The notes beneath the pieces were generated by a model that was not told the DNA's origin, did no database searches, and was given only the letters and a program-made list of their open reading frames with translations. A DNA stretch of 64,000 bases, taken from positions 288,001-352,000 of the forward strand of contig VMGC01000001.1 of assembly GCA_007376385.1 (NCBI GenBank), in the 5' to 3' direction. This document shows, one piece after another, positions 8,404 to 17,070 of this stretch. Made by a program: the position numbers and the translations under genes. This stretch comes from Parcubacteria group bacterium Gr01-1014_8. Its GTDB lineage: Bacteria > Patescibacteriota > Minisyncoccia > Phycocordibacterales > UBA2100. The first letter of the stretch is position 1, and every line of letters starts with the position of its first letter.

Positions 8404-9128
8404 AAAAGAGGATAGCTATCATTCAGGCGAGAATGAATTCCTCTAGAATGCCCGGGAAAATTCTGAAGGAGATCTCGGGAAAACCGGCGCTGTGGCATCT
8501 CATAGAGAATATCCGACCCTCGAAACAGCTCACCGATATTATCGTCGCGACCACAATGAATACGGCGGATGACGTGATAGCCGATTTTACGAAGGAGAAT
8601 GCTGTCACCTGTTTCCGCGGAAGCGAGGAAAACGTACTAGAGCGATTTTATGAGGCAGCGAAGTCTATCGGTGTCAAGGATTCTGACATCATCGTACGAA
8701 TTACCGCCGATGATATATTCATGGATCCGTATATCATTGATGCGCTCGTCACTTTTTTTGATTCCACGTATCCATACTATAGATTGGTGTCCAATAGCTT
8801 CAAGCCGGGTTTTCCGTATGGTCTTTATTTCGAGCTATTTGATTTCGCTTCTCTGAAAGATGCTTATCGTAATGCGACCACGGAATCCCAAAAAGAGCAT
8901 GTGACGCCGTACATCCGCGAACACGAGGAAACATTTCCTGCTATAGCAATCGAATCAAAAGGAGTCGATCTTTCGGATGTGTATCTTTCGATTGATACAG
9001 TGGAGGACCTCGAGCGAAATCGCCGCATCATCGAGCGGTTGGAGTCGCAGAATAAAAAACATCCGTATCTCTTTACAGATGTAGTCACCGCATATAAGGA
9101 TTTAAAATTGAGCAGGGCATCTGTATGA
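8400..9128 (+). CDS. acylneuraminate cytidylyltransferase-like (CMP-nonulosonic acid synthetase; SpsF/PtmB/PseF family)
   Basis: 242 aa. N-terminus RIAIIQARMNSSRMPGKILKEISGKPALWHLIEN is the CTP_transf_3 signature. Paralogous to the ORF at 17071-17835. Confidence 0.7.
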   Translation: MKKRIAIIQARMNSSRMPGKILKEISGKPALWHLIENIRPSKQLTDIIVATTMNTADDVIADFTKENAVTCFRGSEENVLERFYEAAKSIGVKDSDIIVRITADDIFMDPYIIDALVTFFDSTYPYYRLVSNSFKPGFPYGLYFELFDFASLKDAYRNATTESQKEHVTPYIREHEETFPAIAIESKGVDLSDVYLSIDTVEDLERNRRIIERLESQNKKHPYLFTDVVTAYKDLKLSRASV

Positions 9129-10183
9129 GCCCCATTAAAAATAACTCGCCCAAGCCCTCCGGGCGCGCTAGCGCGGGCGCTATTTCTAACGGGGCGAGAA
9201 TTGGCGTTGTGGGAAACGGTTCGATGGGGAGGCGGAGAATAAAACATTCTCAGATGTATGGATATACAGACATCACGGGTTGGGATATTAGGTCGGACAG
9301 GCGAAAGGAGGTCGAATCAAAGTTCGGAATACAAACGGTGAAGAGTCAGAAGGATTTTGAGAACTCAAAGTTCGATGCGCTATTCATTTGTGTGCCTCCG
9401 GCCGAACACTATTACTACATGAAGCTTGCGGTGAAGAACGGTTGGAATTTTATGGTGGAGAATCCAGTGTGGCATAAGGTGAAGGGACTCGATGTGCTTC
9501 AAAGGGAAGTGAAGAAGAAAAAACTGGTGGCGAACGTCAGTTGCAACGTCAGGTTCCTGAAAGCGACGCAGAGGATAAAGCAGCTTGTTCGAGATGATGT
9601 CATTGGACCGATATTGTCGGGCGTAGCCGAAGTCGGCGAATATTTGCCTGATTGGCATCCGTACGAACCGTATACCGATTACTATCCGTCCAAAAAAGAA
9701 ATGGGCGGCGGTATCGACGCGATGTGTGATCTCGACTGGCTTGTCGATATTTTCGGCGATATCCGCAGGATGAACTGTGTGTATTCGAAAAAGTCGAGCC
9801 TAAAAATCAATACCTATGACATCATTGATTTCATTCTAGAGTTCAAGTTAGGACCGCAGATAGTTCTGCATACCGACATGCTTCAATCGCCGTACGGCAG
9901 AGCGGTGAAGCTCATAAGTGAGCGCGGTGTTATCGTGTGGGAATACAAAGAACAGATAGTAAAATATTATGATCGTCGAACCAAGAAGTGGACAAAGTTC
10001 GACGAATCGGGTTCGAGAGTTAATTTCGACAATAACATCACGACGACATGGGCTGAGCAGATGTATATGGACGATTCATTTCACTTCTTCAAGTGTCTGA
10101 AAGGCGAGGCGAAGCCGCTTAACACTATAGAAAGCAATTCGAAACTTCTGAAACAGCTTCTCAAAGCCATCGACTACGCCTGA
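9125..10183 (+). CDS. Gfo/Idh/MocA-family NAD(P)-dependent oxidoreductase (PtmF-like)
   Basis: 352 aa. N-terminal Rossmann segment ARIGVVGNGSMG and ...DALFICVPPAEHYYYMKLAVKNGWNFMVENP pattern of the Gfo/Idh/MocA fold. Confidence 0.6.
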   Translation: MSPIKNNSPKPSGRASAGAISNGARIGVVGNGSMGRRRIKHSQMYGYTDITGWDIRSDRRKEVESKFGIQTVKSQKDFENSKFDALFICVPPAEHYYYMKLAVKNGWNFMVENPVWHKVKGLDVLQREVKKKKLVANVSCNVRFLKATQRIKQLVRDDVIGPILSGVAEVGEYLPDWHPYEPYTDYYPSKKEMGGGIDAMCDLDWLVDIFGDIRRMNCVYSKKSSLKINTYDIIDFILEFKLGPQIVLHTDMLQSPYGRAVKLISERGVIVWEYKEQIVKYYDRRTKKWTKFDESGSRVNFDNNITTTWAEQMYMDDSFHFFKCLKGEAKPLNTIESNSKLLKQLLKAIDYA

Positions 10184-10184
10184 T

Positions 10185-11606
10185 ATGAGGATACTTGTCG
10201 TATATCCGAGGGCAGTGCCGGAGATAGAGATATTTTTTAATGACCTCAAACAAGCGGGGCACGAAATCGTCTATTGGGTCGGGGAACATAGCGGAGAGAA
10301 GAACACCCCTAAAGGCGCGATATTTCACGATCACTATGATGCGTGGGACGGCAAATCGGCTGAAGTATTCAAGAACGTCACATTCCCGCCCGCTTCTTCA
10401 GAGTTGGTAGAAAGATTGTACCGTACAGAGTCAGTTGTGCTTTCTATGATGGATAAGCATTACGATTCGGCGCCCGTGAATGAGCGAAAGCATATCTATT
10501 ATTCGATGTTGTCCTACTGGTCGGGAGTGTTGGATATGCTCAAGCCCGATGCGGTCGTCTTCGCTATAGTTCCTCACACGGTATACAACTACATTCTTTA
10601 TGAGCTCGCGCGTCTGCGCGGCCTTTTTACGCCGTGCTTTGAAGATACGTATGTTGCGTCACGCCTTTTATTTTATAAGAATTTCTGGGAAGGAAGTGAG
10701 GAACTACGTGATGCGCTCGGGCGTGCGTCCGATGCGAAGCTATCCGACTTGTCCGGAGATTTAGCGGCATATTTGAAACGATTTAAAGAGACCGAGGCAC
10801 AGCCGGCGTATATGGCCCAGCAAAAAAGACTGGGCGCGGGTTGGGGGCTCTTTCGCCACAGAGTCAGGATAGCGCGCGCTGGTCTGCTTTCCGGGAGGAC
10901 GTTCGTACTCGCGTGGAGATTTTTCAAGCGGTTGTTTGTCAGAAATCTTGCACACGAATATAGAGGAGTCGTGTCTGCGCCGGACATGTCACGGCCATAT
11001 GTATATTTTCCTCTCAATATGCAGCCCGAGCGCTCAACCTCGCCGCAGGGCGGTGTTTTTCAGGATCAGATCCTCGTTGCGGAAACAGTTGCCGCATCGT
11101 TGCCTGATGGCTGGATGCTTGTGATAAAAGAACATCCTTCGCAGTGGTGGTTGCGTGGGAAAACGCGTTACTCGAGCGCACGCTACCGCGGCTATTATCA
11201 GCGTCTTGCGCGTATACCGAACACGGTTCTCGTAGATACATTCACCAACACGTTCGAGTTGACGCGCGGTGCGCGGGCTGTCGCCGTCGTAACCGGAACT
11301 CCGGGGTGGGAAGCGATTCTGCGCAGTATTCCCGTGATCGTGTTCGGATACCCGTGGTATCGGGATTGCCCCGGAACTCTGCGAGTAGAAAATGTGGATG
11401 AGTGCAGGGTAGCGCTTGCGAGAATCGAGTCCGGGGGTCTAAAGCTGACTACTGACGGCGTGATTGCTTTTTTGAAAGCGCTTGACGCTGTGTCAGTACG
11501 TGCTTTTATTCACGATCTGATCGGGCAGACCGAACATATGAGTGAAGCGGAATCCTTTCGAAATATTGCTCTGAAGCTGAACACAGAACTCCGCGCGAAT
11601 ACATAA
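10185..11606 (+). CDS. putative capsule-synthesis (KpsC/KpsS/LpsZ, PF05159-like) CMP-ulosonic-acid glycosyltransferase; paralog of 25971-27467
   Basis: 473 aa. C-terminal motif AVAVVTGTPGWEAILRSIPVIVFGYPWY is shared with the paralog (VTVISGTPGWEAALLKKPVITFGHVFY). It resembles the G(F/W)EAL...KPV..G...Y motif of Kdo-transferase-like capsule synthesis proteins, but family assignment is from memory only. Confidence 0.4.
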   Translation: MRILVVYPRAVPEIEIFFNDLKQAGHEIVYWVGEHSGEKNTPKGAIFHDHYDAWDGKSAEVFKNVTFPPASSELVERLYRTESVVLSMMDKHYDSAPVNERKHIYYSMLSYWSGVLDMLKPDAVVFAIVPHTVYNYILYELARLRGLFTPCFEDTYVASRLLFYKNFWEGSEELRDALGRASDAKLSDLSGDLAAYLKRFKETEAQPAYMAQQKRLGAGWGLFRHRVRIARAGLLSGRTFVLAWRFFKRLFVRNLAHEYRGVVSAPDMSRPYVYFPLNMQPERSTSPQGGVFQDQILVAETVAASLPDGWMLVIKEHPSQWWLRGKTRYSSARYRGYYQRLARIPNTVLVDTFTNTFELTRGARAVAVVTGTPGWEAILRSIPVIVFGYPWYRDCPGTLRVENVDECRVALARIESGGLKLTTDGVIAFLKALDAVSVRAFIHDLIGQTEHMSEAESFRNIALKLNTELRANT

Positions 11607-11608
11607 CT

Positions 11609-12589
11609 ATGCGGGCATCATCGAACAAACAATCAGCTGCGTTGGAAAAAGCAGCTCTTTCCAAAAAGAAGGCGAGACGATCGCCTGACAAGAAGGACAG
11701 GGAGATAGCGGAAGAAATTCTGCGAATTCACTCAAAACTCAAGAAGGTTTTTATGGCCGACGGCGAGTGGAAGTGGATCAATGAGAACAAAAAAAAGAAT
11801 TATATAAAAGCGTTGCGCGATAACAATCCGGATGCTCTCGCGGCGATACTCGCAAATCTTTTTCAGGAAGACGCTTCCTACGGATTTTACACATACGAGA
11901 CAGATTCATTACAGGCGGGTATACGTGCCGACCTTGCCGTATGGAACGAATTCGTGGAGCAGAATGACATATCCCCGCTCTCGATGCCTGATGTGGGGAA
12001 TCCGCACGGTATTGTGGTCGGGGGAGTGCTCGTTGCGCCTTTCCAGCCGCGCCATGATTATTGCGCTCAGAAGATACATTCTCTCGGTCCGAAAACCGTT
12101 CTCGAAATAGGAGGCGGATACGGCGGGCTGGCGCTTCAATTGTCACGACGTTCGAATGTTAAATATATAGACTGCGATTTGCCGGAAACTCTGTATGTCG
12201 CGTACTACTTTCTCAAAAAAGCGGGATTAAACGTGAAATGGGCCATAGATACATGGCCGGATGCCCCGATTGTTCTTGTTCCTGCGAATCGAAAGAAGTT
12301 AATTCAAAAGGCAGATCTGGTGTTTAACGGCCTTTCCTTTTCCGAGATGGGAAGAGAAACGGTCGACGGGTATTTCAAATTCATAAACAACGTATGGAAG
12401 CCCCGATATATTTTTCATCAGAACAGCAACATCCTTCTTTTTCCCAATTCACCGCGGCATATCGAAGTTCTCGCGAGGGATTTTCCCATAGGTAAAATCT
12501 ATCGCGAGATCTATCGTGCAATTTCTCCATGGCAGGGAGGCAGTGGCAGGTATCGTGAGTATCTCTACGAGAGGAATCTCGAACGTTGA
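11609..12589 (+). CDS. class I SAM-dependent methyltransferase (putative sugar O-methyltransferase)
   Basis: 326 aa. VLEIGGGYGGLALQL is the SAM motif I. Lies within the nonulosonic acid module. Confidence 0.55.
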   Translation: MRASSNKQSAALEKAALSKKKARRSPDKKDREIAEEILRIHSKLKKVFMADGEWKWINENKKKNYIKALRDNNPDALAAILANLFQEDASYGFYTYETDSLQAGIRADLAVWNEFVEQNDISPLSMPDVGNPHGIVVGGVLVAPFQPRHDYCAQKIHSLGPKTVLEIGGGYGGLALQLSRRSNVKYIDCDLPETLYVAYYFLKKAGLNVKWAIDTWPDAPIVLVPANRKKLIQKADLVFNGLSFSEMGRETVDGYFKFINNVWKPRYIFHQNSNILLFPNSPRHIEVLARDFPIGKIYREIYRAISPWQGGSGRYREYLYERNLER

Positions 12590-12616
12590 TTTTTTTATTG
12601 ACGACGTAGAGCGAGA

Positions 12617-12644
12617 GAAGTGAATGTGTACTCACATTCACTTC
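12617..12644. repeat. perfect 12-bp stem hairpin (GAAGTGAATGTG-TACT-CACATTCACTTC)
   Basis: Read directly in the sequence, about 28 nt after the methyltransferase stop codon. Confidence 0.5.
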
Positions 12645-12722
12645 CGGGCCGAGGAGTCAAAATAGGTTCAATACCGCACGGCTTGCCGCGCGTCAGAACG
12701 AGCGAAGCGAGTTCCAAAAATA

Positions 12723-12759
12723 CCTCGGGGCTTTGCCCCGAGGAACCTTTATTTTCCGA
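12723..12759 (+). terminator. candidate rho-independent terminator (CCTCGGGGC-TTT-GCCCCGAGG followed by AACCTTTATTTTCC)
   Basis: 9-bp GC-rich stem plus a U-rich tail downstream of the +strand operon. The tail overlaps a 21-mer that recurs at 48244-48264. Confidence 0.45.
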
Positions 12760-12858
12760 CGCAAACATATTTGCATTTGAGAGAGAGAGGGGGGAGTGGT
12801 GTGCCACTCGAAATGTCCTGCATTGACTGGTGAGCTTTTTTAATGTAAAAAATGACAA

Positions 12859-13632
12859 ATGTATCGTAAGAATTCGTATGCACTTACAGAGAGCGTAGCG
12901 TTCATTACAGGTGCTCTCGGCCAGATCGGACGGGAGATAGTCATGCGATTCTTGGAAGACGGCGCGTTTGTCTATATCGCCGACAAAGGGAAAAAGATCA
13001 GTGACGATCTCGCAAAAAAACTGAAGCGCGCGAAATTTGATAACTACCGGTACGTCACGATTGACGTGACGAGCGAGGAGTCGATACGAGCCGTGTATAG
13101 GAAACTGACGCGTCCCGTTGATGTACTTGTCAATTGTGCCGGCATTGGCGTATATACGTCGTTTGAGTCGCGAACTTCCGACGAACTCGATACCGTGTAC
13201 GCGGTAAACCTTAAGGGCACTATCCTGTGCTCCAAGATATTTTCAGCAGGCATGATGAAGAGGAAAGGGGGTCGGATCATCAATATCGGTTCTATATACG
13301 GGATTACAACGCCGGATTTTTCAATGTACGGCGATTCCGGTAGGAATTCTTCTGAGATCTACGGCGCGACGAAAGCCGGCATTATCCAGACGACGAAATA
13401 TCTTGCGGCATACCTTGCGCCGCACAATATTCTGGTGAACTGCGTAAGTCCAGGCGGCGTCTTTAATCGCCAGAAATCCTTTTTCGTCAGACGATATAAA
13501 AAGAGGACGCCGCTTCAGCGAATGGCGGCGCCAGACGATCTTACGGGTGTTATCGCGTTTCTCGCTTCGGATGAGGCGGCGTATATCACGGGACAGAATA
13601 TCGCGGTCGACGGAGGCTTTACGATATGGTGA
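12859..13632 (+). CDS. short-chain dehydrogenase/reductase (SDR; PtmA/FabG-like)
   Basis: 257 aa. TGALGQIGREI Rossmann motif, NCAGIG, and the catalytic YGATKAGI (Y-x3-K). Confidence 0.8.
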   Translation: MYRKNSYALTESVAFITGALGQIGREIVMRFLEDGAFVYIADKGKKISDDLAKKLKRAKFDNYRYVTIDVTSEESIRAVYRKLTRPVDVLVNCAGIGVYTSFESRTSDELDTVYAVNLKGTILCSKIFSAGMMKRKGGRIINIGSIYGITTPDFSMYGDSGRNSSEIYGATKAGIIQTTKYLAAYLAPHNILVNCVSPGGVFNRQKSFFVRRYKKRTPLQRMAAPDDLTGVIAFLASDEAAYITGQNIAVDGGFTIW

Positions 13633-16028
13633 AGAAAGCCCGTAAAAAAGTATATGTGCTTGGAGCGGGAATGAGCGGGCTTGCGACCGCACTTCGGCTT
13701 GCAGAGCTCGGCGTCGATACAACCCTCGTTGAAAAAGAAAAGAAGGTCGGCGGACTCGCGGGAAGTTTCAAATGGCGCGATTTCAAGAATCTTGATTACG
13801 GACCGCATATCTACCACACACCCGACAAGAAACTGGAAGAGATATGGAAGAAGGAGTACGGCGATCTGTTCCATCAAAATGAGTTCTGGGGAAAGAACGT
13901 TAAAGGTGAGAAGTTCGACCGGTATTTTGACTACCCACTGTCATTCGAATCACTAAAAAAATTTCCTTCTGACGTGAGAAAAAAGATCATGCATGAACTG
14001 TCTCATCTCGACGAGACAAAGCTCGCAAAGGCGAAAAGTTATGCCGATTACGTACGGGAACTCGTCGGTCCCACGCTGATGGAGTATTTTTTTATCCGTT
14101 ACCCTCAAAAATTATGGGGGGTTTCCATAGATAAGATGACGGCAAACTGGGCCCCCAAGCGTGTTACATTCAGGACGAAAGACGAACATTTTCATGCAGG
14201 TCAATGGAGCGCGGTCGGGAAATACGGGTCAGGCAGGATACTGGAGAGAATGGCCGATAGATTCAAAAAAAAAGGTGGCACACTTATGCTCGGGAGTCCC
14301 GTCATGGCGATCGAGCACTCAAACGGCATCATCAAGAACATCGTACTTGACGAAAAGAAAATCAGACTTTCGTCCGACGATGCGGTTGTTTCGACGATAC
14401 CGATACCTGTCATGGCCGAGTATCTTGGCGTTAGAAATACCTTGAAATATCGTGGAGCGAAAATTGTATTTGTCGCGCTCAACAAGGAAGAGGCAATCCC
14501 CGACAAGTTCAATTTTCTTTACTACGATGCACCGGAAATAATTTTTCATCGGGTGAGTGAGCAGAAGAAATTCTGCGCGCTTGGGTTTCCAAAGAACAAA
14601 ACTGTGCTTTCGTGTGAGATCGCATACACAAAAGGGGACACGCTGGATACAACCGACGAGAAAGAGATACTGGATCGAGCTGTGAGCAGTCTCATACGTG
14701 TCGGGCTCGCCAAAAAAAATGAGGTTGAGGATGCGATGATGGTCTCCCTTCCGTACGTGTACCCTCTCTTGGTTCGCGGAAGCGAACACGAACTCGTTGA
14801 TGTGCGCGGACGTCTCGGCGCATTCAAGCAGCTCTATTGCATCGGCACCGGGGGCGATTTCCGGTACGATGACCTGCAGATACTCAATTTACGAGGGTTT
14901 GATCTCGCTGAGCGGCTTGCGTCACCTGAACTGGACGAAGATGCGGGAGAAGCTGTCAAAAAAGATTTTACGACCGGCTTTAACAACACGTTCGCGCTCG
15001 GCCGCCATACAGTTTCTGAATCCGCGCCCGCGTTCATCATTGCCGAGATCGGGCTCAACCATAACGGGAGCATGAAGCTCGCTATGGAGCTTATCGATAG
15101 GGCGGTTGAGTGCGGTTGTTCGGCCGTGAAGTTTCAGACGTACAGCGCGGGGAACAGAGTGTCGAAGGAAGTGAAGGGCAATCGATACGCCGAGAAGCTT
15201 GTAGATATGGAAGAAACAACATTCGATATGCTCAAGCGTCTGGAATTCACTACGAAAGATCACGTGCGCCTGTTTGCGTACGCCAAGCAAAAAGGAATCG
15301 AGATCTTTTCAACACCGTTCGACTTTGAAAGCGTCGATCTTCTGGAATCCCTCGGGTGCGACTTCTATAAGATTTCGTCGATGGATCTTGTGAATCTGCC
15401 GTTGATACAAAAAGTCGCAAGGACAGGGAAGCCGATGATCGTTTCGACGGGAATGTCAACGCTCGGTCAGGTCGAGGATGCCGTCAATACCATCCGGGAA
15501 ACCGGCAATAAAAATCTTGTCCTCCTGCACTGCGTCTCAATGTATCCCGCGGCGGCACAGGACGTAAACATGGCAGTTATGGGAACTCTACGGCGGGCAT
15601 TCGGAACGCCAGTCGGTTTTTCCGATCACACTATCGGTCTTTCGGCCGCGACTGTTGCGCTCGCACTCGGCGCACGTGTCATCGAACGGCACTTTACTCT
15701 CGATAGATTTATGGAGGGGCCCGATCACATTCTGTCGTCTGACCCGGATGAAATGAGAGAGCTTGTGCGTCTCAGTCATCTTATTCCCGTCATCATGGGA
15801 AAGCCAGAGAAAGTAATTCTTCCGAGCGAAACGGAAACCGTCAATAGGTTCAAGAAATGTCTGTACGCACGGAAAGACATACGTCGGGGCCAGAAAATAA
15901 CAATGGATGCGCTTGCCATAAAGGGTCCGGGAGGAGGGATATTGCCGAAATATGCCAACGTTATTGTCGGGAGGACGGCTCGAAACAGTATCAAGAGGGA
16001 TCACCCCATCCAGTGGGGCGATGTATGA
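13626..16028 (+). CDS. fusion protein: N-terminal FAD-dependent oxidoreductase (UDP-galactopyranose-mutase/amine-oxidase-like) plus C-terminal NeuB-family nonulosonic-acid synthase with SAF domain
   Basis: 800 aa. N-terminus VYVLGAGMSGLATALRLAELGVDTTLVEKEKKVGGLAGSF dinucleotide-binding motif and DYGPHIYHT (compare Glf KYGAHIFHT). From about aa 455, PAFIIAEIGLNHNGSMKLAMELIDRAVECGCSAVKFQTY plus a C-terminal SAF-like tail form the NeuB/PseI/LegI signature. Confidence 0.7.
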   Translation: MVKKARKKVYVLGAGMSGLATALRLAELGVDTTLVEKEKKVGGLAGSFKWRDFKNLDYGPHIYHTPDKKLEEIWKKEYGDLFHQNEFWGKNVKGEKFDRYFDYPLSFESLKKFPSDVRKKIMHELSHLDETKLAKAKSYADYVRELVGPTLMEYFFIRYPQKLWGVSIDKMTANWAPKRVTFRTKDEHFHAGQWSAVGKYGSGRILERMADRFKKKGGTLMLGSPVMAIEHSNGIIKNIVLDEKKIRLSSDDAVVSTIPIPVMAEYLGVRNTLKYRGAKIVFVALNKEEAIPDKFNFLYYDAPEIIFHRVSEQKKFCALGFPKNKTVLSCEIAYTKGDTLDTTDEKEILDRAVSSLIRVGLAKKNEVEDAMMVSLPYVYPLLVRGSEHELVDVRGRLGAFKQLYCIGTGGDFRYDDLQILNLRGFDLAERLASPELDEDAGEAVKKDFTTGFNNTFALGRHTVSESAPAFIIAEIGLNHNGSMKLAMELIDRAVECGCSAVKFQTYSAGNRVSKEVKGNRYAEKLVDMEETTFDMLKRLEFTTKDHVRLFAYAKQKGIEIFSTPFDFESVDLLESLGCDFYKISSMDLVNLPLIQKVARTGKPMIVSTGMSTLGQVEDAVNTIRETGNKNLVLLHCVSMYPAAAQDVNMAVMGTLRRAFGTPVGFSDHTIGLSAATVALALGARVIERHFTLDRFMEGPDHILSSDPDEMRELVRLSHLIPVIMGKPEKVILPSETETVNRFKKCLYARKDIRRGQKITMDALAIKGPGGGILPKYANVIVGRTARNSIKRDHPIQWGDV

Positions 16029-17065
16029 AGAGTCCCGTCATAGAGAATATTTTACGAAAGATACGCGCCGGTTCCAAACGCCGCGCGACAGGCTTTGTCA
16101 TCGGAAACACCTCCGGAGTTTTCAAACAAGGCCGATTGTATCCGATTCCTATCCGGGAGACGGGTACACTCATTTACGGCGGTGTGATCGTTCGTGATGT
16201 CGCTACCGCCGGAGCTGTCGCGCGCATGATAGACGGCAAGACGGACTACGTATTTGTTGATGCGGAAAAGAAGATCGAGACAATGTATCATGGTAAAAAC
16301 GATGTCGGCAACATCGAGCGGATGGTTCGCGGCGTCATATTGAAATCGAAGATAATTACCTACAAAGGCAACGACCTGACAAAAGACGCAATCGACTTTC
16401 TTCTCGGTCAGCTTATCGTTGATATTGGCGGAACGACTGTCGCCGTGATCGGATGCGGGAATCTCGGTGCAAAAATAGCGCTTAAATTGGTGGAGCGAGG
16501 AGCTCATGTCCGTGCGTACCGGAGGGACAAAGGGAAGCTGCGGAAAATTGTGACGGGTCTCAATCAGATAAAATCAGAACACACGCTTTCGTCCATCTGG
16601 GCGGCGCGGAGTATAGCGGATGCGTGTAAAGGTGCGAGCGCAGTTATCGCAACAGCAGACAGCCAGGGCATTATCAAACACGATCATTTGAAATTCATGA
16701 ATATCGCCCGCCCGCCCATCCTGATCGATGCGGGAAAAGGCTGTTTTTCGGATGATGTAGTGAGAAGTGATGCATACGCCATATACCGTGCCGATGTGTC
16801 CATCGCGCAAAAGCATATTTTTTCGGCGCTTCTTGAGACGAAATTACACTATGGGCGATCGATAGGACGGCGCGTGCTCGAGGATGGCAATGTGGGCCTC
16901 GTGTCGCTCGGGCTCCTTGGAAAAAAAGGGGAGGTCATCGTGGATGATATTGATTCCCCGCGGCGCATTATCGGTGTCGCTGACGGGAGGGGCAAGTTGA
17001 TGAAGAATGTCGGGAGTCAGAAGAAAGTTGTTGAGAAAATACGGCGCATGTTTAATGCATCATAA
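16025..17065 (+). CDS. NAD(P)-binding Rossmann-fold protein (putative dehydrogenase; family unclear)
   Basis: Track ORF 15857..17065 trimmed to the ATG at 16025 (ATGA overlap with the upstream stop). Contains a TVAVIGCGNLGAKIALKL dinucleotide-binding motif. Confidence 0.4.
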   Translation: MKSPVIENILRKIRAGSKRRATGFVIGNTSGVFKQGRLYPIPIRETGTLIYGGVIVRDVATAGAVARMIDGKTDYVFVDAEKKIETMYHGKNDVGNIERMVRGVILKSKIITYKGNDLTKDAIDFLLGQLIVDIGGTTVAVIGCGNLGAKIALKLVERGAHVRAYRRDKGKLRKIVTGLNQIKSEHTLSSIWAARSIADACKGASAVIATADSQGIIKHDHLKFMNIARPPILIDAGKGCFSDDVVRSDAYAIYRADVSIAQKHIFSALLETKLHYGRSIGRRVLEDGNVGLVSLGLLGKKGEVIVDDIDSPRRIIGVADGRGKLMKNVGSQKKVVEKIRRMFNAS

Positions 17066-17070
17066 TTTCT

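Noticed and set aside
15857-16024. 5' extension of ORF 15857-17065 overlapping the NeuB-fusion gene
   Set aside because: It overlaps 170 nt of a well-supported coding region in another frame. The ATG at 16025 gives the typical ATGA stop/start coupling.
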